From: the human T2T-CHM13v2.0 reference genome, Homo sapiens | DNA length: 64,000 nt | Assembly: GCF_009914755.1 (NCBI RefSeq) | Contig: NC_060927.1 | Direction: 5' to 3' (one strand) | Shown here: one piece after another, positions 13,575 through 29,830 of the stretch | Layout: each line of letters begins with the position of its first letter | Position numbering within the stretch: position 1 is the first letter of the stretch | Translations under genes and position numbers: made by a program | Notes under the pieces: generated by a model | The model's database searches: none | Told to the model about the DNA's origin: nothing | What the model saw: only the letters and a program-made list of their open reading frames with translations

Positions 13575-14080
13575 AGTTCCAGCACCATTTATTGACTTCC
13601 AACATGCACTAGGTGCTGGGTACAAAGATGAGTAAGATGCAATTCCTGCCTTGAAGGCACCCACGGCCTGATCAAGGAGACACATACACAACTAATCATT
13701 ATTTCCGTGAACATTTAAAGTGCTGTCATAAATGAACAAATAAAATGCCACGGAATCACAGAATGGGGATGCTAATTTTACCTGGGATGGCAGGTTCTGG
13801 GACAAGAAACAGTTGAAAAAAGCTTTAAAGATGAAGTACCACTTTATAGTTAGCCTAGAATAGGCAGGAGGATTTTGCTTTGAGCAGCACCAGCAGGAGC
13901 AAGGGCACAGACAGATGCATGTGCTTAGCATGTGCAGGGACCAGGTATGTAGCTGGGTGTGGTCAGGGTGAAGGAAATATGGGGGTGCATGCAGGGGCTG
14001 GAGGCGACAGCAGAAAAGAAGCAGGGTCCAGGACACTTGAGGATCTTTAAGCAAAGCTAATAACAAGTTTTACTTTATTC
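13575..14080 (-). mobile_element. L2 fragment (continues at ~14500-14650)
   Basis: atttattgac...ctaggtgctgggtacaaagatgagtaaga...cctgccttgaagg, antisense L2 pattern. Confidence 0.55.
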
Positions 14081-14276
14081 TTTAAGTCAATGATGTCCAA
14101 ACTTTTCTAATTATACATCTCTATCAGTAAAATATTTTAAATCTACAGCCTTCATATATGTACATGTATAATTTATGCCACGTGTATGTGCCACTCTGTA
14201 AATTTTGTGTATAATATAACACAAAATAGGAATTTTAAAATGAGATCAATGAAAAACACAAACAAAAGTTGTAATT

Positions 14277-14431
14277 GCCAGGCATGGTGGTGCACACCCG
14301 CAGTCCTAGCTGCTGGGGAGGCTGAGGTGGGAGGATTGCTTGATCCCAGAAGTTCAAGGCTGCAGTGAGCTATGATTGCATCACTATACTCCAGCCTGGG
14401 AGACAGAGTGAGAACCTGTATCTAAAAAAAA
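14277..14431 (+). mobile_element. Alu monomer (FRAM / AluJ right arm) with TSD
   Basis: Single arm gccaggcatggtggtgcac...ccagcctgggagacagagtgaga plus A tail; TSD aaaagttgtaat on both sides. Confidence 0.85.
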
Positions 14432-16270
14432 GTTGTAATAGTTTTTTTTCATAGCCAATGGCTGTCATGCCCCACATGCTTCAGAGGCCAATGCATTAAG
14501 CAATGGGAAAATTTGGAAGGATTTTAAGTCTGGGGCTAAAATTATGAGGGTAGTATTTTACAAAGTCAAAGGATACTGTGGTTATGGGAGCCAGTTAGGG
14601 AGCTATTCCATATAAGAAGGACCTTAGATAGGCAGTGGCAATGGGGATGGAAAAAGCTGTCAGCCAGAGGACTGACTGTGCTTGGTGTGCTAACGTTTCA
14701 GCCACCTTAAGAATGAAAGTCTCATTTCAGTTGTAAATCCAAATCCCAAATCCGAATCCGAATCAATCGTCATCTTCCTAAGGGAGCACTATTTAAATGT
14801 AGAATATTAATGAAAGTGTGGGTGAAGAAAGCTTAACGCAGGCATTCCCATGAAGCCAAATACCTTCTTGCCTTTTAAGAATCTCTGTTCATGGAGGGGA
14901 GTTTGACACTGGTCAACCTCACTGGGTTACAACTCCCTGGTCTTTCTCAAATGATCACCCAGAGAAGTAGACCTGGAATGAACATGGCTTTCCAGGCAGC
15001 TCAAAAATGATTGCTGGAGAATGCCGACCACAAGACACTTCAAACATGAAGATAATCCTAAAATCTTAAGATTTCAGAGCCAGACAAGCCATTCAGGATA
15101 ATCTAATTCAAAGCTCATGTTACATATGAAGAAACAAAACACCAGGGAGAGGGGAAAGTCGCGTGGCAGCACATCTTCCAATCCCTGGAGTCAGAGCTCT
15201 TTAATATACCAGGATCTTCCAGTTCTGTGCCTCCCAGAGGTTTCCTGATCTTATCCCAAACGAGCTGCATGGTATCCAGAAAGCCATTTCATTTCTTCAT
15301 GCATAGCCATACTTTGCTTCTTGTGAAATTGTTTAGATAACTAAGACCCACTGAACTAAAGCTTGTTCTAAGAAATTAGGAAGACACATTATAGTGTGCT
15401 CTATGACTAGGAAGCCACGCTTATATGGTAGATTTAACTTTCAGACAGAATTAATGTAGATAGGAAAATCCACGGTTAGTTAAACAGTAGCAATGGGCAA
15501 ATTCTCCTGAGGTTCATTCACAGAAAGGAAATGCCAAGCAGTTAACAAATGCCAGGCACTTTATGTGGATTATCTCTGAATTTTCACTGAAATAATTTAA
15601 GGCAGGTACTATCATTGGGCTTTTTTTTTTACATCTATATTAGGGAACTGAGGCTTACAGAGGTGAAATCACTAGTGCTAAATTACAGAGTTAATCCATG
15701 CCAGAGCCAGGGTGGAAGGTTTTTGCTTTACACCTCATTGTTAATCATCAGTTGTCTTTTGAAGAACTCTAACATGCTAATACATCTCTCTACTTCTTTA
15801 ACTGTGATCAGCCCACAAACCCTGTGGAAATCTATAAAGCCAGGGGCCAGGAATAAAAAGCAAACACTAAACTGGAGTTGCAGACATAGCTTTTGGCCTC
15901 CTGTCACAAAAAAAAGTGGCGGGGCTGTAGACACTTCTATGCACACAGAAAGTGTTCTGTAATAAAAGCATCCTCATTTGGCATAGAAAAATCTTCTCAG
16001 TGAGTCTCTTTTCTCACAGACACATCTTTTGGCACCAGAAATAAATGAACAGGACACATTATTTGGGCGAGCACAGGCATGACAGTTCCCTGACATCAGG
16101 GGAGCTGCACAAATGTTGGACTTGTCCTGAAACTGCCTTGGATATCAGAGATCTGTTTATCCAGGTTGGCAAGCCTGAGGAATTCCCTCATGCAGCCCAA
16201 ATGTAAATTACCTTCAGGTATATTATTATGGTTGTTAAATGTGACTTTTGTCTATCATCTTTTCATACCA

Positions 16271-16271
<1 letters not shown>

Positions 16272-16300
<29 letters not shown>
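16272..16300. repeat. (CA)n microsatellite
   Basis: About 14 CA units. Confidence 0.95.
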
Positions 16301-16303
<3 letters not shown>

Positions 16304-16479
16304 GCTTTGCCTTTGCAGAGTCAACCAGAGTGAGTTCTAGTGGTGTAATAATACTTTCGGCAAAAGAGCAGTTGAGAGCTCCAAGAACACATCCATCAGC
16401 CTTGATCCTGGTAAATTCAGGCACCGTGGTGCAGGGGCATATGCAGGGCAGTGGGATCCGGACATTTGGGGTCTAATTC

Positions 16480-17165
16480 CAATTGTTTGCTTCTCTCCAT
16501 CCGCACTGCCTCCACCTTTGTTCAGGCCATCGAGTGCTCTGGGCTAGATTCCACTAACAGCCTCCTCACTAACACTCTTTCTCTTCCAAACCACACTACA
16601 GTCAAGGTAATATTTTACAATATAAATTGGATCATGTCACTCTTCTGCTTAAACTCTTTAACAGCTTCCCATTTCATTTACAAGAAAACGTCAGACCCTT
16701 AGCATGGCCGGGAGAGCTTTGCACCATCTGGCTCCTGCCCACAGTTTCATCATCATCTTAATTGACTCTCTCCCTGGCTCACTAAGCTCTAGGCACATGT
16801 GCCCTCTTTCTATTCAGACCTAGGGATTTTTGTACCTGCATTTCCCTCTGCCTGGATTGATTTTCTTCCTGAAATAAATTCAAGTCACTGCATAAATACA
16901 ATTTCATAGAGGTCTTGTCTAGGCCTCCAACCTAAATCTGCCGCCACGTTTGTACAGATATTATCTGGCAGCACACTGTTTTTTTTTTCACCTCCCTTCA
17001 TTGCACGTAGTCGAATTTGTAACTAGATAGCTATTTCTCTTTGTTGTTTATTATCTATTTCCCACTCTAGACTGTAGCATCCCTGAGGGTGAGGCCATGT
17101 AACTTTTATTTATTACAGAATATCTAGTTCTTAGCATAGTGCCCATTAACATACAGGAAGCAAAC
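16480..17165 (+). mobile_element. L2 fragment
   Basis: ggatcatgtcactcttctgcttaaactctt...ctagactgtagcatccctgaggg...cttagcatagtgcc. Confidence 0.6.
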
Positions 17166-18719
17166 ATTTTTTTTTTTTTTCAGTGACCTAGTTTCTTCTC
17201 TCTGGGCTTCAGGTTTCATCTATAAAACGACTGTATTGGAAGAGTTCCGTGGCTCCAAGTCTAGGTCCCAGAAACCTGAGGGACTCTCAGGTCAAGATAG
17301 ATACTTACAAGCTATTTTTAATAAGTTAGAATTAAAAATGGAGAAAACATTTTTAATAGATATATCTTTTACCACTGTAAATCAATGAAGATTATTAAAA
17401 TTTCAGTTAAATTATAATCTAGACAAACTATATTAATACAATTAATTTATTACTTGATATTACATCACACAAAAGAGCACTGAAAATATTTATCAAATGT
17501 GGATAACACATACACTGTAAATATGTAAACATGGGTTGGGTGCTATAACTTAGATTCATTTTGGGAGGCTCTTAGGGACAAGTGAAACACAGATACAGGG
17601 AACTGCCACTGTGACTGATAATGATGGACTGTGACATAGAGGCTAAGATCTCATGAATAAAGAAATGAACCAGTGTTTTCAGACAAAGTGCCAGGACAAT
17701 ACTTTCAAGGGTGGCTGATCTGACTGTAGACATGATCAAAAGCCTACTTCTCTCATGGCCGACTCCAAGAAGCATATTTCAGGATTCAATACAGCAAGGA
17801 TTGATCTACCCCTAGCTAAGGAATCTCTCAAACTTATGGAGACGGTCAGCTTGACTTTAACACCTATAACCTATTTTAAAAATTGAAAACAGTTTCCCAT
17901 TTACATGTGACACATTGTATTAAGAAAAGGCATGATTTGTCAACAAATAATTTTTAAAGGGCACACGTTTGGGAGAACAATTAACATTAAAATGTATGTT
18001 GCATTTTGTTTAGGTGTTACAGAATCAAAAATACAAAAACATTGGGTTTTTTATCTGATGCTTCAAAATCTTGCACTTTGTTTTATAAAAACTGGTTTAA
18101 TTTTAGAATCTCTGTGTTTTCTTTCTAGTGACCACATAAGATGAAAAAATTGAAACTCTTCCCAAGTATGTATCCACACATAATCCATTCTTTCCATGGA
18201 TCACCTGTGTAGTCATAAATGGGAAAACAAATTAGATACAATGGTCATAAGATTTTCTTCTTTAACTCTGATATTGAGGCTCTGAAAACATCTATATGTA
18301 CCACGTAGGAATTTTTATTCGTAATTTTAATTTGCTTTGATGAAGATTATCTTGATTATGATTTGAAGATTTATTATAGTTTTACCTATCCATTAACAGT
18401 TTTATTAATTTGAATTATCTTTTTAGCATGAAATATTTCAAACATGCAGAAAACAGAAAACTAATAATAACCTTTTTAACAGTGCTTACCATGAGCCAGG
18501 GACTCAAATGATTTCTATGTCTAGTACTTACTCATTCCATCTTTGCATTAGCTCTATGAAGTTAGTATTTTTTTTCTCATTTTATAGATGTTAATACTAA
18601 GGTGCAAGTGAAGTGACTGCCCAATGGCTCACCCAAATTTCATAAGCAGAAGGGCTGTAAAGATTTGAGCGCAGGCAGCCTGGCTCCAGAACCCATAGAA
18701 CAGATTATCATTCTCACTG

Positions 18720-21400
<2,681 letters not shown>

Positions 21401-21882
21401 CAAAGTCTTATTTTAGCGTCAATGTTTATTATGCCTCTAACAAGTAGAACATTATGGGGGTAACATTAAAACTATAATATTCAAAATTATCATTGTGGTT
21501 AGAACTGTGCAATTAGGACATAAAAACACTCTGAATGACTGAGTCACGAACACATCTGCCTGATCCCTTCCAAGTGTCAGGTATTTAGTAGGTGAGAGTC
21601 TCCCAGGGCCAGACACTATGCAAGGAGCTTGGGATACAATAGGCAGCTTATTAGTTTATGTTCCCAAATTTTAAATCTTAAAGGAAAAATAATTTTTAAA
21701 TAGTTCATTCTATTGCTTTAAGGAGAATAATATATCTGAACAGATGTTTTCCCTAGAGAATTGAAAACCACCAGTGAGGAAAGCTGTTCTTATTACCACT
21801 CCTTACAAGAGAAAAATAGAACCCTAGTGCAGGAAAAAATGTCTTTTCTGGTATTACGCATTGATCAAAATTAGACGAGATC

Positions 21883-21903
21883 CCTTTCTTCTGACTCTTT
21901 CTT

Positions 21904-21960
<57 letters not shown>

Positions 21961-21997
21961 GTCTTTCTTTCTTTCTTCTTTCTTTCCTTCTTTCTCT
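21883..21997. repeat. (TTTC)n / (GAAA)n microsatellite derived from an Alu tail
   Basis: About 12 pure CTTT units at 21911-21960 inside a ~115-bp pyrimidine tract abutting the Alu. Confidence 0.95.
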
Positions 21998-21998
21998 G

Positions 21999-22363
<365 letters not shown>

Positions 22364-22584
22364 TAGGTAAACCTTAGATTATTCATAAACATAATTTTAG
22401 TAAACTTAAATTTAAGATTTCCAAAAGTAACGGAACAGGGATTCATTTTCGTCATTTTAGCAAACAGCTCTTCAAGAATATTCTTTGGTATAAGTTTACA
22501 TTCTGATTTAAGAAAATCACATTTATTTGTTGTTTCTTGTTCCATTTTAATCCTTTTTCTCCAAACTCCAAGAATCAAAAGCAC

Positions 22585-23077
22585 TTTTTTTTAGGGTCCG
22601 GGGGTGCAGGTGTGGGGTTGTGGGCTATATCTATATTTTAACTTTTATTTTAGGTTCAGGGATACATATGCAGGTTTTTTATACAGGTAAACTCATGGAT
22701 TGGGGGGCTGTTGTACAGATTATTTCGTCACCCAGGTACTAAGCCTAGTACCCAATAGTTATTTTTTCTGCTCCTCTCCCTCCTCCGAACCTCCACCCTC
22801 AAGAAGGCCCTAGCATCTGTTGTTCCTTTCTTTGTGTCCATGATTTCTCATCATTTAGCTCTCACTTATAAGTGAGAACATGTGGTATTTGGTTTTCTGT
22901 TCCTGCATTAGTCTAAGGATAATGGCTTCCAGCTCTATCAATGTTCCTGCTAAAGACACGATTTAAATTTTTTCTGGCTGCATAGTATTCCATGGTGTAT
23001 ATGTACCACATTTTCTTTATCCAATCCACCATCGATGGGTATTTAGGTCGATTGTATGACTTTGCTATTGTGAATTG
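22585..23077 (-). mobile_element. 5'-truncated older L1PA 3' end with an extra 3' segment
   Basis: L1PA 3' sequence at 22641-23077; candidate TSD caaaagca(c/g)tt at 22576-22586 and 23078-23088. Confidence 0.85.
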
Positions 23078-23229
23078 CAAAAGCAGTTATTCAGCTTCCA
23101 TAATTCATACCTACATTTCCCAAATGACTGTGTGATAAATACATGTGTATATGACTATTTAATAAAAACATTAATAAATACAAATAAAATCATGTATTCT
23201 GGAGATAACCTAACAAATTGTCACTGTGT

Positions 23230-23320
23230 ATAGGGCAAGGGATACATAAGAAATCCCTACACCTTCCACTCAATTTTGCGTGAACCTGAAACTGCTCTAA
23301 AAAAAAAAAAAAAAAAAGCC
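23230..23320 (+). mobile_element. L1MB/MC 3' terminus fragment with A tail
   Basis: gaaatccctacaccttccactcaattttgcgtgaacctgaaactgctctaaaaa. Confidence 0.65.
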
Positions 23321-24677
23321 TATCTTTTTTAAATGTCCTTTTGTACTCTGTTATCTTCAACAATAAAAGGAAAAAAATATATAAAGACATGAGGGACACT
23401 AAAAGAGCTCTCAATCCTTTGGGGAATCTTTAACAAAGCAATAATATTTATAAAGTGGCTATTTCCCAGAATGACATCGAAATTTCACATATACGCGTGC
23501 ACACACGCAATGCATTCGCACACAAATAGATAATTGTGGATTTTTATTAAGTTTAACATACCTAAAGATGCTGCCTTATTTACTCAATTTAACAATAATA
23601 AGTCACCACACTTTGGAAGCAATATACTCTCAGGAGAAGTCCACAGAAAGAACACTGCTCCAGGATTCAGGAGACTTAAGTCCCAGTCCCAGCTTTGCCA
23701 TTCACTCCATTACTCAGCTTTCTAAAGGAGTTGGATCATCAAGATCTTTTTTACCTCTTTTGTTCTATGGCTTTAAAACAATAATGGTGGTAGTGATAAG
23801 ACATTGACTTACGATTTTATTATGTTTTAGTTATTGGATACCATAAAGTACCCAGATTTGAACACATTCAAACACCACAGCGTTACATAACACACTTTTT
23901 ATAGCTCACTGCTTGGGGAAATAAATAACAGGAAATTAATAACAATATTTAAATTAAAGGTTATGCCAGAAATCTCTAAGAACACTAAATCAGATCCAAC
24001 TTTAGGCAGTAATAATTAATATCCACTAATAATTAAATAGATGATGTCTAGTTTCAGTTCCAGGTGTCCAAGTTTCCCTTCCTTGTCTCATTAAGAATTA
24101 CAATTTACTGCACTGCAGATAAACCTTTAGGCAAAGCATATTTCATCTGTTTGCTTAATGGACTGGTGTCTTCTTAAAATTCAGAGTTCTAGACTTAATA
24201 TTGGTTGTGAGATAATTTATGGTTGATTTCAACATTTTCTATCTCATTGGAAAAATTTCCAGGCTTATTTCAAAGCTTGAAACCTTACCAACTTTCATTT
24301 GCCTGAATGAAAACATAACAAACCACATTCTAGAATCTAGCAAAGAAAGTATAGATGGTGGCTAATAGAGTATAAGTTCATGAGAGAGAAAAAATAATCT
24401 AACTATAAATAAATGCTCTACACCATAAAACACTATCAAATGGTAACAATTATGTTATTTCAGAAATAGTGTTTATGTACAGAAATTCTAATTTCTGATA
24501 GCAAGATAGTAAGGCAAAATCAGAAAAACCTGCCCCTGATTGTCCAATAAAAAGTAGAGTACAACTTGTTAGATTTCATAGCACATTGTTGACAATAGTC
24601 ACCTCATTTCACCAGAATGGCTTTCTCTCCCTTGGATCTAATAGCAAGGGAAAGAATGCTGAGTTTCATGCCTAGGC

Positions 24678-25045
24678 CAGTACTATCCAACAGTAATATA
24701 ATGCAAACCCCACGTAAGTATTTTAAAACATTTCTAGTACTCATTTTTAAACAAGCACAATATACAGGTGAAAGTGTATATTCTATTTATATAGAGTATA
24801 TATTTATATACAGTATTCTATTTATATATAGTATATATTTAATGACTTGTTCTATTTAACATAATGTATCCCAAATTAGTAGTGAATATAGAAATTATTG
24901 CAATATCATACATTCATTTTCTTCATGCTAAGTCTTCAAAACACACTGTGTATTTTGCAATCACAGTATATCTCAGTTCAACTAGCCACTTTCAAGTGCT
25001 CAAAAGCCACATGTTGCTAGTGGCTACCATATTATACAGCACAGA
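24678..25045. mobile_element. MER33-like hAT-Charlie element with an internal AT-rich tandem duplication
   Basis: cagtactatccaacag start and ctagccactttcaagtgctcaaaagccacatgttgctagtggctaccatatt end. Confidence 0.7.
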
Positions 25046-25857
25046 CCTAGGTGGTTGGACATCTTGACAGACACATTTCTCCAAACAGCACCCGACCATC
25101 TATTATACAAAGCAACAATGATCTTGAAGACTTTGTTAATACTGATAACAACAAGGTACAGGTAATCAAAGACCACGTACATTCTGAAAAATACGCACCA
25201 AATAAGGTGCAAGCAAAAATTATATCCTAAACCTACTGCCTGCCTGCCTTCATTCCTTCCATCCTAACCTTGATCTTTCCTTCCACCAATACCCTGGTCT
25301 TGATACCACGCCAAGGAACACAACTATGAACAAGGCGGTATGGCTAGTGTCCTCGTGAAATTGACCCTCTTGTCAGAAAGAAACTAAATAAATAATGCCA
25401 CAATCAGTTATTATAATTACAAATATGAGAAGTGTTCTGAAGGAGTCCTGGCTGCTATGGAGGATAAACCTCACCAAACCCTAGGGCGTCAAAAATGGCT
25501 CCCTCAGGATAGAACATTGAAGATGAGTGTAAAGAAAAAGAAGGAATTAGCTAGAGGAAGTGAGTACGTGTCAGAAAAAATGAGGAGTAAAAAATAATAA
25601 CACTCCACACAAGGACAGAAGTAAAAGAAAAGGTTCAAAGTCAGAAACAACTTTTTGGTGAATTTTTTTGGTGAATTTAAACAACTGAAAGTGTGGAGTT
25701 CAGAGACCAAGAGTCTGGACAGTGGCCCAAAGAGGAGTTCAGATCATTCAGAATGTTACAGAGCAAGGCGGAAGAAGCAGTGTGAAAGCAAGGGTCATTT
25801 GGGAAATTCTGAATGGAAAAAGTCAGACACATAGGACATATAGGGAGTGTTATGTAG

Positions 25858-26169
<312 letters not shown>

Positions 26170-26247
26170 TAGCATAACACTTTTTATTGAGCTTGTACAT
26201 CAATCAAATGCTACGCTATAGTCCATCTACACTCAGGCTGATCACCC

Positions 26248-26411
26248 TGTACCCATTTTGCCAATGGTGTAGAACTTCAAATATATAGCCATAAAACCTA
26301 AACACCATTGCACAAATGTAGCCTTTGATTTTATCTACCTTTGTCCTAGAATAATGGCCTTTCTTCGCTTACCAATTCTTAGTGTGGTCTTCTCTATTAC
26401 CTATAGCAATA
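26248..26411 (+). repeat. Inverted repeat, left arm (164 bp)
   Basis: 151/164 identical, without gaps, to the reverse complement of 27430-27593 (manual alignment). Confidence 0.95.
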
Positions 26412-27429
26412 AAAAAAAAATACGTTGGTATAAAAAACAAAGTCAGTCACACAAAACAGCTGGTTTACCCAAGCAATAACATGTTTTTTCCTTCCTTTGC
26501 TATAATATAGAGCAAGTAATCAAACAAAAGAGATTGGTTCTAAATAAATTAAAATTGTGTGACAGTCATAATTCATAATTATATAAGGTATATTCATCAT
26601 TTCCCTTTAATAAGTTGTATTACCCCAAAATATATAATTATTAAATTTGAATGTAAATTACCCTGTAAAATGAATGCCTATATTTAAAATTTTTCACTTT
26701 TATGAGGAGTAATGGCAAGTCATTGAAAAGTTTTAAGCATAAGAATGATATCTAATCTGTATTTTAAAAGCTCAGTAGAGACTGATAACGAGAGAACAGA
26801 TAGGAGGATGAGCAGGGAGACAAGTGAGAAAGTAACAACACGGCCAGTCAAGAGATGCCAGTGACTAGTTTGTGAAGATGTAAAATTGTCTTGACTTAGT
26901 TATTAATTGCATGTGGGCAGAAAGGGAAATGTGTGGGAGCACAGTAAAAATAGAAAGTGGAAGTATGTAATCATGGCACAGACAGAATTTCCTTAGAAGA
27001 CAGCAAAGTAGATCCTTCACTGATCTATTTCCCCCAAACTAACATATACACCCCAGCATGGCATGGAAGACAAAACCCAGAGTTTATACTTTTCTGAGCT
27101 AATGAACATACTTCTCTCCTTGTGAGCTTTATTGACTACTGAGCTCAGCATGCCTCTGTGAGATATTATGGAGCCAATGGGGAGGCTGCACATGCTATAA
27201 TAAAGTCCATTGTATCCTTGCTGTTGTGTGTACCCTTTATAATATTCATGTGCTGGTGTGACAGTAAATCAGAGGGGGAAAAGGCAGTCAAGGTGGTCTT
27301 AAATAAAACAAGTTATTCTCATAAGTCTTTGAACCCAGATAAACCTTTGAGGTCAGAACTCCCTTAAAATGACATGGTTCCAAGGATTCTGATTTAAAAA
27401 AAAAAAATCTGATTAAAAAAAAAAAAACC

Positions 27430-27593
27430 TATTGCTATAAGTAATAGAGAAGACCACACTAATAATTGGAAAAGAAAGAAAGGACATTATTCTTGGACAA
27501 AGGTAGATGAAATCAAAGGCTAAATTTGTGCAAAGGTGTTTAGGTTTTATGGCTATATATTTGAGGTTCTACACCATTGGCAAAGTGGGTACA
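27430..27593 (-). repeat. Inverted repeat, right arm (164 bp)
   Basis: Reverse complement matches 26248-26411 with 13 substitutions. Confidence 0.95.
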
Positions 27594-29224
27594 TGCTTGT
27601 TTAAACATGATAACCACATTATTTGAGGAGGGAAATATTAGAAGAGGAACAGATTTAGAAAGAAACCTACAAATTAGGTTTAGGATATTTTCAGTTGGAG
27701 GCACCAAGTGGAAGTCGGATTTACAGGTTTAGAACTCAGGAGAGAGGTCTTGCCTGAAGATATAAATGTGGCAGTGTTGATGTTTTGATAAATAAAGCCA
27801 TGAAAGTACAATGTGAGTGTTTAAGATCCAGGACTCAGCCTTGGATCTCTAAAGATGGAACAGAAGAGTATAAACTGCTTAAAGAGACTAAGGAGAAACC
27901 AGAAAAATGGGAGTAAAGACTGTTTCAAAAACAGGAATTAACCAGCAATGTTGAGTGCTATCAAGAAGTCACATAAATGAGGGCTGAAAAGTATCCATTA
28001 GATTTGGTAAATTAGACATCATTAGTAATGGTGGCAAGAACAGGATTGTTAGTGTTAGTGTTGAGTGTAAATGCCAGATTAGAAAAAGATGAGGTAGAAG
28101 TGAGAGGTAAAGAAAAGCCAACAGTGAATATACAGAATTTGTTAAAAGGTTAAAAATCAAAAAGAAGAAATGTAGGCACTCTTTCAGTCCTGAAAAAGGA
28201 TTGGGGACTATTGATATTTCATAAAGATTTAAGCATATTAAATTGAAAACAGCAAGAAGCTAGAGAAGAGGGGATGAAAGGTGATGTATCTTCCCTACGA
28301 AGGTGAGAGAGGATGAGATTTAGAACACAGGAGATTGGTCTTAGCTGGAAGAAATAACATCTTCATTCTAACAGAAGGAAAGAAGGATAGAACAGATGTT
28401 AATTTGCTTATTCAGATGCAAAAGTGTTGAGGAGCTCCCAAATGTGATGACTTCTCTTTATAACAGGTAATTCTCACTCAAGATTTTTAATACATATATG
28501 AAAATTCTTAAAGAGAAAAAAATACTTATACACATACACACGCACATATACAATCTCTCTAAGACTACACTGAATATCTGCTGAGGATGACTTTTTTCCT
28601 GAGCCACCACAGGTTTCCCACTTTCAGGCTCCGGGGGTGACATTCACTGATGTTTGCATGAGTGACACATCCCAAGAATTGTACAGGCACCATCTGCACA
28701 GATACACTGGATGGTCAGTTACCTCTGTATTCCTTAGGTAGAGAGAGGGTGAAAAGTGACTGTTATGAGGGTCAGGAGAACTTGCCTCAATTCTTAACTC
28801 TGTCACTCTCATTTGGGTGACATCTGTTTCTACAAAGTCCTCATGTATATACAGTAGCAACAGATAGGTAAATAAGTAGATATACAGATATATAGATAGA
28901 TTTGAGGGAAAAGGGAGATGACCTGGCTTTTCAGGAAGCAGGTACATAGACTCGGTTATGAAATTGCTTGTCATATTTGAATGAATTTCAGTGTGTCTGT
29001 GGCAGTGCCTACCATGTCCTGAGCACTTTGTGCTGAGGCTCTACGTGAAGTACCAAGTATCTCTTAATGTGGAGTTCTGTTAGTATTTATTTATATATAA
29101 AAATAATAATATGTTACAACATATCCTAAATTTATGTAGATTTTTTCTAATTTAAATGAAATTTTAACATATATATGTTGTTTGTTCCACAGCACACACT
29201 TTTAAGGTAGGTAGTATTCAAACT

Positions 29225-29830
29225 CAGCCCTAATATTTGTAGGGCTTAAAGCAAGAGAACAAATGGAGACTCCCATATCATATGTTTAATATTTAAATTT
29301 ATAAATCAAGGTAACTGTCAAATATTGGATATTTAGTTCTGCTACTTGAAAATTATGTTTTCCTAATTCAAACAGATCTCCTGGGCTCCTCAGATCTGAT
29401 CTTTCACAAAACAAAGCAGGACTGAGAGAATTCACCCCCCCCAGCTCATAGTTCAGACCTCTTCTCTTCCCACTCTGGGCTCCAGCCAACTGACACTGCC
29501 AGGGACCCATAGGGATTCACATATAAACCATATGTCCAAGCAACATCCACCTCCGTCTAACAGCCTTGGTGAACCTTCAGGCCAGGGGCGAATACTCTCT
29601 GCCATGCAATTTGCCCTTGGAAGTACAGCCAAGGAAGACGAGCACACAGCTCCTGGAAGCAACCTCAGTAATGTCTGGGTAGGAACTTCTGGGATGCCAG
29701 AGTGTGGTACAGAATAGGGAAGCCCAGGCTCCAGGTAAACATGCCCCCTTATTCCCGTGGACTCCTTGCCACCACAGACGTGGACATGCCTGGAGGAAGG
29801 CCTGAGTAGAGTCCAGGACAAAGGCCCCTA
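29225..29830. mobile_element. Probable DNA-transposon fossil (hAT-Tip100-like)
   Basis: cagccctaatatttgtagggcttaaagcaagagaacaaatggag start and a GC-richer body; family uncertain. Confidence 0.35.

Noticed and set aside
26412-27429. Spacer as a fixed inversion or as transposon internal sequence with a transposase
   Set aside because: The internal L2 piece is co-oriented with the flanking L2; no transposase-like ORF and no TSD outside the arms
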